A stretch of DNA of 64,000 nt. It comes from Macrostomum lignano (taxonomy: Eukaryota). Position numbers and translations under genes: made by a program. Under the pieces are notes generated by a model. That model made no database searches, was not told where the DNA came from, and worked only from the letters and a program-made list of their open reading frames with translations. This document shows positions 23,801 through 35,800 of the stretch, piece after piece (within the stretch, counting starts at the first letter, position 1; the number at the start of each line of letters is the position of its first letter). The DNA is taken from the NCBI GenBank assembly GCA_002269645.1, contig NIVC01002487.1, forward strand, positions 64,244-128,243, read 5' to 3'.

Positions 23801-26800
23801 TAAAGTACACGGATAATAGGGTGGTGGGTTCACTAAAGTACACGGGGAAGAGGGTGACGGTCTCACTAAATTACACGGGGAAGAAGTGGTGGATTCATTA
23901 AAGTACACGGGGAAGAGGGCGCGGGCTCACTAAAGTACACGGGGAAGAAGGTGGTGGATTCATTAAAGTACACGGGGAAGAGGGCGCGGGCTTACTAAAG
24001 TACACGGGGATTCGTGTAAATTATGCGTCGGTAAAAGTGGCGGTCAATATTAAAAGCAATCACATCATAAAGAAGCAGAAAAAACTATTTTAAAAAAGCA
24101 ACACATTAAAGAAAACAAATAATTAATCAAACCAAATGCACAAGCAAAATAAAAGTACAAATGCGCTGCCTTTCCAAAGCGATATTATATAGTTACTGAG
24201 CTAATACTAAATAAATAAAAAAACAGCTTATTGACTGGCAGCGGCAAACCTTGACAACAACACTGGCATGCTTTGAATTGGCGCCGACGCCGAAGCGCCT
24301 AGAATGCCCGTCACTATGCCCGCTACTACTGTTACCGACCGTTGGTTGGGCGGCGGACGCCGCTGCCGCCGCTGCAACACTCGCAACCTCCCCGCCAAGC
24401 TCAAGGGCTGCTGCGCATTTCTGCAATCTGCCAGGTATGTCACGGTATTGGAGACCCGATGCTTAGACTGGGTGGGGTGGATGCTTAGACTGGGTGGGGT
24501 GGATGCTTAGACTGGGTGGGGTAGATGCTTAGACTGGGTGGGGTAGATGCTTAGACTGGGTGGGGTGGATGCTTAGACTGGGTGGGGTGGATGCTTAGAC
24601 TGGGTGGGGTGGATGCTTAGACTGGGTGGGGTAGATGCTTAGACTGGGTGGGGTGGATGCTTAGACTGGGTGGGGTGGATGCTTAGACTGGGTGGGGTAG
24701 ATGCTTAGACTGGGTGGGGTGGATGCTTAGACTGGGTGGGGTAGATGCTTAGACTGGGTGGGGTGGATGCTTAGACTGGGTGGGGTAGATGCTTAGACTG
24801 GGTGGGGTAGATGCTTAGACTGGGTGGGGTAGATGCTTAGACTGGGTGGGGTAGATGCTTAGACTGGGTGGGGTGGATGCTAAGACTGGGTGGGGTAGAT
24901 GCTTAGACTGGGTGGGGTAGATGCTTAGACTGGGTGGGGTGGATGCTTAGACTGGGTGGGGTGGATGCTTAGACTGGGTGGGGTAGATGCTTAGAGTGGG
25001 TGGGGTAGATGCTTAGAGTGGGTGGGGTAGATGCTTAGAGTGGGTGGGGTAGATGCTTAGACTGGGTGGGGTAGATTCTTAGACTGGGTGGGGTAGATGC
25101 TTAGACTGGGTGGGGTGGATGCTTAGAGTGGGTGGGTTAGATGCTTAGACTGGGTGGGGTGGATGCTTAGACTGGGTGGGGTGGATGCTTAGACTGGGTG
25201 GGGTAGATGCTTAGACTGGGTGGGGTAGATGCTTAGACTGGGTGGGGTAGATGCTTAGACTGGGTGGGGTAGATGCTTAGACTGGGTGGGGTAGATGCTT
25301 AGACTGGGTGGGGTAGATGCTTAGAGTGGGTGGGTTAGATGCTTAGAGTGGGTGGGGTAGATTCTTAGACTGGGTGGGGTAGATGCTTAGACTGGGTGGG
25401 GTGGATGCTTAGACTGGGTGGGGTGGATGCTAAGACTGGGTGGGGTAGATGCTTAGACTGGGTGGGGTAGATGCTTAGACTGGGTGGGGTAGATGCTTAG
25501 ACTGGGTGGGGTAGATGCTTAGAGTGGGTGGGTTAGATGCTTAGACTGGGTGGGGTAGATGCTTAGACTGGGTGGGGTGGATGCTTAGACTGGGTGGGGT
25601 GGATGCTTAGAGTGGGTGGGTTAGATGCTTAGACTGGGTGGGGTGGATGCTTAGACTGGGTGGGGTGGATGCTTAGACTGAGTGGGGTTGATGCTTAGAC
25701 TGGGTGGGGTGGATGCTTAGACTGGGTGGGGTGGATGCTTAGACTGGGTGGGGTGGATGCTTAGACTGGGTGGGGTCGATGCTTAGACTGGGTGGGGTGG
25801 ATACTGAGTGACTGGGTTGAGTGGATACTGAGTGACTGGGTTGAGTGGATACTGAGTGACTGGGTTGAGTGGATACTGATTGACTGGGTTGAGTGGATAC
25901 TGATTGACTGGGTTGAGTGGATACTGAGTGACTGGGTTGAGTGGATACTGAGTGACTGGGTTGAGTGGATACTGAGTGACTGGGTTGAGTGGATACTGAG
26001 TGACTGGGTTGAGTGGATACTGAGTGACTGGGTTGAGTGGATACTGAGTGACTGGGTTGAGTGGATACTGAGTGACTGGGTTGAGTGGATACTGAGTGAC
26101 TGGGTTGAGTGGATACTGAGTGACAAGTTTACTTTTTTTAACTCAAAAATTAAAATGCATTTAAAATAGTTGCACCTGTACAAAAATAAGGTGTAGCACA
26201 CAGTACTGAAAAAATAATTGCAGCAATTAACACGTGACATGTAACCAAAGCCACTTTAGATTATTTTCAACTCACCCTCTGTTTAAATAGCTCTGCCGAT
26301 TTTTATTTTGATGCTCTTCAAAGAATTTGATAGCCTCGTAATTGTACGCTTGCACGGTGGCCGTCATCTTGTCCCTGCATTAAATTTGAGGTATTTTTAT
26401 ATACTACTCACTTAATAAGTAGACTAAGAATTTTAATGTGTTTTTTAAGTTGTAAATAAAAATTTTGGGGCTTGTGTTTACGAAAGGTGACCCAGGAGGT
26501 TGTGTTGTGTAGTTTACAGCCGAGGGCCAACCCCTAAAGCACGGAGAGTGTACATGCTTGAAGAATAGAAAGTCAACAAAGGGCCGCTGTACACTGTGTG
26601 TGAGCGTGTGTTTGAGTACGTGCCTGCGTACAATATTGGCGCGCTTGTATGTTGCTCAGGAGTCAGCGGCTTGGCCAGAATTGCTTTGATGTCATATTGA
26701 AATAATACTTATTATTGTTAAGCCACGAATTTGGGTTTAATAAGACCAATGAAAACCAAAAACATGTCTCGAGCTCACCTCTCCAGTCGGTTCTGAACGT

Positions 26801-29800
26801 ATCGATAATTATTGAGCAGGAAAATGGCCCGCAGAGCCGGATCTGAGTAGTGCTCAGCCCGGCTGTCCAGAGTCCGCAACAGATTAGCCAATGTCTGGCT
26901 GAGATAGGCGCCAAGCACCTTGTCTTTCTCCTTCTGTTGCTGCTGCTGCTGCTGCTGCCGGCCGCCATGCTGCTGCTGCTGCCGGCCTAAGATAACTTCT
27001 CTAGCCAAGATCTCGTGAGCCGTATCGCCGAAATCGTGCAACTGTTGCAGAAACTTCAGCACCTTCAGCGTCAGCTCGTGCACCGTGCCGTCTGGCGGCA
27101 GGGACCGGCCGCCCGCGACTTCAGCTAGAACGCCTAGATCGCTGGCGCCGCCGCTGCCGCCACCGACAATGCCGCCACCGGGACCGGCGCTTCCGCCACC
27201 GCCGCCGCTTCCACTGCCGCCACCTGCGCCGCCGCCATCTTTCACAATCTCGTCGCGGAAATCTTCTAGACTACTACGAGCTTGAGTTTGCATGTCCTTA
27301 GCCAGGTCTTCTAGGCCGGCTTTGAAGGCTGGCGGACAGCTAGCAGCGGACAGGTCTGGTCGGAGATGACGCAAACGGTCCAGTACGGCAACAAGACGGA
27401 GCAGCGATTCGGGGTCTTGCTTGAATTCGCGGCGTACGCTGGCTTCGAAGGACTGCCGATAAGAGAGGAAGGGGTGTGCGTTCTGTTGGAGCTGTTGCTA
27501 TAGAATTGTAGTCCGAAATTGCAAACCGAGCGACTTTTAAATGTTTCTATGGCAACTGACTGTCCCAATCTGACTGTGAGTGACAATTGATACCAGTGAC
27601 ATTTGACTGTCAGTGACAATTGACTGCCAGTGACGTTTGACTGTCAGTGACAATTGACTGCCAGTGACATTTGACTGTCAGTGACAATTGACTGCCAGTG
27701 ACGTTTGACTGTCAGTGACAATTGACTGCCAGTGACGTTTGACTGTCAGTGACAATTGACTGCCAGTGACGTTTGACTGTCAGTGACAATTGACTGCCAG
27801 TGACGTTTGACTGTCAGTGACAATTGACTGCCAGTGACGTTTGACTGTCAGTGACAATTGACTGCCAGTGACGTTTGACTGTCAGTGACAATTGACTGCC
27901 AGTGACGTTTGACTGTCAGTGACAATTGACTGCCAGTGACGTTTGACTGTTAGTGACAATTGACTGCCAGTGACGTTTGACTGTCAGTGACAATTGACTG
28001 CCAAAGACAATTGACTGTCAGTGACATTTGATACCAGTGACAATTGATACCAGTGACAATTGATACCAGTGACAATTGATACCAGTGACAATTGATACCA
28101 GTGACAATTGACTGCCAGAAGCAGGGGACGGAGCTGCGTAGGCCCTGAAGAATCAAATGACAGGGATGCGCAGGCTCTAAAGAATCAGAGGCTCTGAAGA
28201 ATCAAAGGACGGGGCTGCGCAGGCTCTGAAGAATCAGAGGCTCTGAAGAATCAGAGGACGGGGCTGCGCAGGCTCTGAAGAATCAGAGGACGGGGCTGCG
28301 CAGGCTCTGAAGAATCAGAGGACGGGGCTGCGCAGGCTCTGAAGAATCAGAGGACGGGGCTGCGCAGGCTCTGAAGAATCAGAGGACGGGGCTGCGCAGG
28401 CTCTGAAGAATCAGAGGACGGGGCTGCGCAGGCTCTGAAGAATCAGAGGCTCTGAAGAATCAAATGACGGGGCTGCGCAGGCTCTGAAGAATCAGAGGAC
28501 GGGGCTGCGCAGGCTCTGAAGAATCAGAGGACGGGGCTGCGCAGGCTCTGAAGAATCAGAGGACGGGGCTGCGCAGGCTCTGAAGAATCAGAGGACGGGG
28601 CTGCGCAGGCTCTGAAGAATCAGAGGAGGGGGCTGCGCAGGCTCTGAAGAATCAGAGGACGGGGCTGCGCAGGCTCTGAAGAATCAGAGGACGGGGCTGC
28701 GCAGGCTCTGAAGAATCAGAGGACGGGGCTGCGCAGGCTCTGAAGAATCAGAGGACGGGGCTGCGCAGGCTCTGAAGAATCAGAGGACGGGGCTGCGCAG
28801 GCTCTGAAGAATCAGAGGAGGGGGCTGCGCAGGCTCTGAAGAATCAGAGGACGGGGCTGCGCAGGCTCTGAAGAATCAGAGGACGGGGCTGCGCAGGCTC
28901 TGAAGAATCAGAGGAGGGGGCTGCGCAGGCTCTGAAGAATCAGAGGAGGGGGCTGCGCAGGCTCTGAAGAATCAAATGACAGGGCTGCGCAGGCTCTGAA
29001 GAATCAGAGGCTCTGAAGAATCAGAGGACGGGGCTGCGCAGGCCCTGAAGAAAGTTGCTGTAAAGTACGGACAAAACAAAGAAGCAATTTATCCCAGAAC
29101 CGAAGCACTTACGTGAACATCCTCAAACATATTCTCCTTGGCCTTAGCAACTATTTGATCAACTAACTGTTGAGGCCGATCAAATTTAAAGCCAAACAAT
29201 GGCAGTGTTAGCGATTCGAGCTGTGAGAATATTTCGGTTGCAAAATAATGAATAGCGGATAAAAGTTTACATACAGAAAATTAAAATTATGTTTGAAAAA
29301 GATATTTCTCGGACAAACGCACCATTGCCATACGGAGAAACGCGGTTAACATGGCGTTGACATCGTCTGCGTCTAAATCCGATTGGTCTACGGAGTCAAA
29401 TAGAGCCGGCTGTTGGGTAAGAGCTGTTGGCCTCGATTTCCTGAGCGCGAGGGGTAGAGCGGCTTAGAATAGGGTGCTGAGATTATCGAGGGGTAGAGCG
29501 GCTTAGAATAGGGCGCTGAGATTATCGAGGGGTAGAGCGGCTTAGAATAGGGTGCTGAGATTATCGAGGGGTAGAGCGGCTTAGAATAGGGTGCTGAGAT
29601 TATCGAGGGTAGAGCGGCTTAGAATAGGGTGCTGAGATTATCAAGGGGTAGAGCGGCTTAGAATAGGGTGCTGAGATTATCGAGGGGTAGAGCGGCTTAG
29701 AATAGGGTGCTGAGATTATCGAGGGGTAGAGCGGCTTGAAATAAGGTGCTGGGGTTAGGGTGGGGGTAGGAGGGGAACTGAAGTGGCTTGGAATCGGGAT

Positions 29801-32800
29801 AGAGTGGCTTGGAATCGGGATAGAGTGGCTTGGACTCAAGATAGAGTGGCTTGGAATGATGATAGAGTGGCTTGGAATGATGATTGAGTGGCTTGGAATG
29901 ATGATAGAGTGGCTTGGAATGATGATAGAGTGGCTTGGAATGATGATTGAGTGGCTTGGAATGATGATAGAGTGGCTTGGGATGATGATAAAGTGGCTTG
30001 GAATGATGATAGAGTGGAATGATGATAGAGAGGCTTGGAATGATGATAGAGTGGCTTGGACTCGGGATAGAGTGGCTTGGAATGATGATAGAGTGGCTTG
30101 GAATGATGATTGAGTGGCTTGGAATGATGATAGAGTGGCTTGGAATGATGATAGAGTGGCTTGGAATGATGATTGAGTGGCTTGGAATGATGATAGAGTG
30201 GCTTGGAATGATGATAAAGTGGCTTGGAATGATGATAGAGTGGAATGATGATAGAGAGGCTTGGAATGATGATAGAGCGGCTTGGAATGGTGATAGAGTG
30301 GCTTGGAATGATGATAGAGTGGCTCGGCTTGGAATGATGATAGAGTGGCTCGGAATGATGATAGAGTGGCTTGGAATGATGATAGAGTGGCTTGGACTCG
30401 GGATAGAGTGGCTTGGAATGATGATAGAGTGGCTTGGAATGATGATAGAGTGGCTTGGAATGATGATTGAGTGGCTTGGAATGATGATAAAGTGGCTCGG
30501 AATGATGATAGAGTGCAATGATGATAGAGTGGAATGATGATAGAGAGGCTTGGAATGATGATAGAGTGGCTTGGAATGGTGATAGAGTGGCTTGGAATGA
30601 TGATAGAGTGGCTCGGCTTGGAATGATGATAGAGTGGCTCGGAATGATGATAGAGTGGCTTGGAATGATGATAGAGTGGCTTGGAATGATGATAGAGTGG
30701 AATGATGATAGAGAGGCTTGGAATGATGGTAGAGTGGCTTGGAATGATGATAGAGTGGCTCGGAATGATGATAGAGTGGCTTGGAATGATGATAGAGTGG
30801 CTCGGAATGATGATTGAGTGGCTTGGAATGATGATTGAGTGGCTTGGAATGATGATTGAGTGGCTCGGAATGATGATAGAGTGGCTCGGAATGATAATAG
30901 AGTGGCTTGGAATGATGATTGAGTGGCTTGGAATGATGATAGAGTGGCTTGGAATGATGATAGAGTGGAATGATGATAGAGAGGCTTGGAATGATGATAG
31001 AGTGGCTTGGAATGATGATAGAGAGGCTTGGAATGATGATAGAGTGGCTCAGAATGATAATAGAGTGGCTTGGAATGATGATAGAGTGGCTCGGAATGGG
31101 AATAGAGTGGCTTGGAATGATGATAGAGTGGCTCGGAATGATGATAGAGTGGCTTGGAATGATGATAGAGTGGAATGATGATAGAGAGGCTTGGAATGAT
31201 GATAGAGCGGCTTGGAATGGTGATAGAGTGGCTTGGAATGATGATAGAGTGGCTCGGCTTGGAATGATGATAGAGTGGCTCGGAATGATGATAGAGTGGC
31301 TTGGAATGATGATAGAGTGGCTTGGACTCGGGATAGAGTGGCTTGGAATGATGATAGAGTGGCTTGGAATGATGATAGAGTGGCTTGGAATGATGATTGA
31401 GTGGCTTGGAATGATGATAAAGTGGCTCGGAATGATGATAGAGTGCAATGATGATAGAGTGGAATGATGATAGAGAGGCTTGGAATGATGATAGAGTGGC
31501 TTGGAATGGTGATAGAGTGGCTTGGAATGATGATAGAGTGGCTCGGCTTGGAATGATGATAGAGTGGCTCGGAATGATGATAGAGTGGCTTGGAATGATG
31601 ATAGAGTGGCTTGGAATGATGATAGAGTGGAATGATGATAGAGAGGCTTGGAATGATGGTAGAGTGGCTTGGAATGATGATAGAGTGGCTCGGAATGATG
31701 ATAGAGTGGCTTGGAATGATGATAGAGTGGCTCGGAATGATGATAGAGTGGCTTGGAATGATGATTGAGTGGCTTGGAATGATGATTGAGTGGCTCGGAA
31801 TGATGATAGAGTGGCTCGGAATGATAATAGAGTGGCTTGGAATGATGATTGAGTGGCTTGGAATGATGATAGAGTGGCTTGGAATGATGATAGAGTGGAA
31901 TGATGATAGAGAGGCTTGGAATGATGATAGAGTGGCTTGGAATGATGATAGAGAGGCTTGGAATGATGATAGAGTGGCTCAGAATGATAATAGAGTGGCT
32001 TGGAATGATGATAGAGTGGCTCGGAATGGGAATAGAGTGGCTTGGAATGATGATAGAGTGGCTCGGAATGATGATAGAGTGGCTTGGAATGATGATAGAG
32101 TGGCTTGGAATGATGATTGAGTGGCTTGGAATGATGATAGAGTGGCTTGGCATGATGATAGAGTGGCTCGGAATGATGATAGAGTGGAATGATGATAGAG
32201 AGGCTTGGAATGATGATAGAGTGGCTTGGAATGATGATAGAGTGGAATGATGATAGAGAGGCTTGAAATTATGATAGAGTGGCTCAGAATGATGATTGAG
32301 TGGCTCGGAATGATGATAGAGTGGCTTGGAATGATGATAGAGTGGCTCGGAATGATAATAGAGTGGCTTGGAATGATGATTGAGTGGCTTGGAATGATGA
32401 TAGAGTGGCTTGGAATGATGATAGAGTGGAATGATGATAGAGTGGAATGATGATAGAGTGGCTTGGAATGATGATAGAGTGGCTTGGAATGATGATAGAG
32501 TGGCTCGGAATGATGATAGAGTGGAATGATGATAGAGTGGCTCGGAATGGGAATAGAGTGGCTTGGAATGATGATAGAGTGGCTCGGAATGATGATAGAG
32601 TGGCTTGGAATGATGATAGAGTGGCTCGGAATGATGATAGAGAGGCTTGGAATGATGATAGAGTGGCTTGGAATGATGATAGAGTGGAATGATGATAGAG
32701 AGGCTTGAAATGATGATAGAGTGGCTTGGAATGATGATAGAGAGGCTTGGAATGATGATAGAGTGGCTCGGAATGATAATGAGTGTCTTGGAATGATGAT

Positions 32801-35800
32801 AGAGTGGCTTGGAATGATGATTGAGTGGCTTGGAATGATGATAGAGTGGCTTGGAATGATGATAGAGTGGCTCGGAATGATGATAGAGTGCAATGATGAT
32901 AGAGAGGCTTGGAATGATGATAGAGTGGCTTGGAATGATGATAGAGTGGAATGATGATAGAGAGGCTTGGAATGATGATAGAGTGGCTCGGAATGATAAT
33001 AGAGTGGCTTGGAATGATGATAGAGTGGCTTGGAATGATGATAGAGTGGCTCGGAATGATGATAGAGTGGAATGATGATAGAGAGGCTTGGAATGATGAT
33101 AGAGTGGCTTGGAATGATGATAGAGAGGCTCGGAATGATAATAGAGTGGCTTGGAATGATGATAGAGTGGCTCGGAATGATAATAGAGTGGCTTGGAATG
33201 ATGATAGAGTGGAATGATGATAGAGAGGCTTGAAATGATGATAGAGTGGCTTGGAATGATGATAGAGAGGCTTGGAATGATGATAGAGTGGCTCGGAATG
33301 ATAATGAGTGTCTTGGAATGATGATAGAGTGGCTTGGAATGATGATTGAGTGGCTTGGAATGATGATAGAGTGGCTTGGAATGATGATAGAGTGGCTCGG
33401 AATGATGATAGAGTGCAATGATGATAGAGAGGCTTGGAATGATGATAGAGTGGCTTGGAATGATGATAGAGTGGAATGATGATAGAGAGGCTTGGAATGA
33501 TGATAGAGTGGCTCGGAATGATAATAGAGTGGCTTGGAATGATGATAGAGTGGCTTGGAATGATGATAGAGTGGCTCGGAATGATGATAGAGTGGAATGA
33601 TGATAGAGAGGCTTGGAATGATGATAGAGTGGCTTGGAATGATGATAGAGAGGCTCGGAATGATAATAGAGTGGCTTGGAATGATGATAGAGTGGCTCGG
33701 AATGATAATAGAGTGGCTTGGAATGATGATAGAGTGGCTCGGAATGGGAATAGAGGCTTGGAATGGGAATAGAGGCTTGGAATGGGAATAGAGGCTTGGA
33801 ATGGGAATAGAGGCTTGGAATGGGAATAGAGGCTTGGAATGGGAATAGAGGCTTGGAATAGGGATAGGGTGGCTTACGCTCTTACAGCATAAATTAGAGC
33901 AATCTAACAACTTTTCAAATTGGCGCCAAAACTGTAAAAAAACTAACTACCAAAATCATGATCAGCAGCTTTATAAAATAATCTGGCAATAAAAGTACTA
34001 CGAATACTTTTAAATCGTTATATTATTTTACTAATTCGCACGTTGCAGGATTTTAGCACGAAGAAAATCAGCACTTTATATAATAACACAGATATTCAAA
34101 GAAATGCAATTAAAAATGATAGTACTTATACATACTACTTATAGTACAGTACTGTCGCATATTCTACTCATTTTTTACTACTTTATTTTCACTTGTCTGC
34201 TAATAAAGTTTACCGTCGTTCAAGAAATATAATCGAATTCGATCGAGGCTGAATTGATTTAACAAACTCCTGTGTGCTACTATAAGTAGGGCAATTGCAA
34301 AGAGAAGAACAGTTTATCATTTTATTGAAAAAAAACAAATATTTAGTAAATTTTAGTCAAACAAAACACAGAATAGCAGAAAACAAAATTGAGCTCACAT
34401 TTTGCGCTGCAGAGTGGCTACCTTAGACGGGGTGTCTCTGGGACCGCCTCGACGAGCCTGAAATTGATTAATTATGCAAAAATAAGTTTAAACTGGTAGT
34501 CATAATGATATTAATAATAGAAGGATGGTTGCAAGCACCCCGGCGCAACGCCTTAGGCAACATCGTCCAACAACAACAAGCGCACTCATAATACACACGC
34601 TCACATAGGGTGTACAGCGACCCATTTTTGACTTTCTAATCGTCAGTCATGTACACCCGAACTATTACTGTTAGTAAAGCAAATTGAATCAATTTTGAAA
34701 CTTACTAGTAAAGGCGAAGTGCCGAATGTTGTGCTAACAGTGCCAGTGAGGGAGTCGCGAAATCTGATGGGATGGACAAATCGTCTTAGTCGAAAGTAGA
34801 TTTCGTTTCTGAAACCTATTATTTGATTACTCCTGCCCGAACTCTGTCTCTTTGGGGTCTCATCATGCTTGGCTTCCATCTTGAGCACTAGTCTCATCAT
34901 GATTAGCTTCCATCTTGAGCACTAGTCTCCTCATGATTAGCTTCCATCTTGAGCACTAGTCTCATCATGATTAGCTTCCATCTTGAGCACTAGTCTCATC
35001 ATGATTAGCTTCCATCTTGAGCACTAGTCTCATCATGATTAGCTTCCATCTTGAGCACTAGTCTCATCATGATAAACTTCCATCTTGAGCACTAGTCTCA
35101 TCATGATTAGCTTCCATCTTGAGCACTAGTCTCATCATGATTAGCTTCCATCTTGAGCACTAGTCTTATCATGCTTGGCTTCCATCTTGAGCACTAGTCT
35201 CATCATGATTAGCTTCCATCTTGAGAACTAGTCTCATCATGATTAGCTTCCATCTTGAGCACTAGTCTCATCATGCTTGGCTTCCATCTTGAGCACTAGT
35301 CTCATCATGCTTGGCTTCCATCTTGAGCACTAGTCTCATCATGATTAGCTTCCATCTTGAGCACTAGTCTCATCATGATTAGCTTCCATCTTGAGCACTA
35401 GTCTCATCATGCTTGGCTTCCATCTTGAGCACTAGTCTCATCATGATTAGCTTCCATCTTGAGCACTAGTCTCATCATGATTAGCTTCTATCTTGAACAA
35501 TGCAGAACGTATCTCTTACTTTTTCAGCGATGAGCATAGCGACAGAGACCGAACTTCAACATAGACCTGACTGTACTCAGCAGTCTTGCCCTGGCTATCC
35601 AGCCAGTCTGTGATGATGCGCAGCTCTTGCAGTTGCTTCTCACTGAATTTCGGAAGAAATTCTACAATTATAAAATATGCCAGTATAGTTTTGTAAGTAC
35701 CTTTTTGGATTATCGCACTTGACCACTTATAGGTGTGCCACCGTTCCTATCTGAATCTGGTCACTTCAGAGTGCTTTATTCGAATCTGAATCTGGTCACT

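Noticed and set aside
29697-33910. Very long ORFs (818 aa, 643 aa) and many other repetitive ORFs (e.g. 11600-12352, 13248-13927, 19773-20811, 21404-22333, 42064-42547, 43750-44393)
   Set aside because: They are translations of tandem arrays that lack stops in some frames, lie inside introns or intergenic DNA, and have no splice or homology support.
33860-33921. Possible EXOC7 exon next to the large satellite
   Set aside because: Frames compatible with the neighbouring exons contain stops, and the flanking exons already join in phase.
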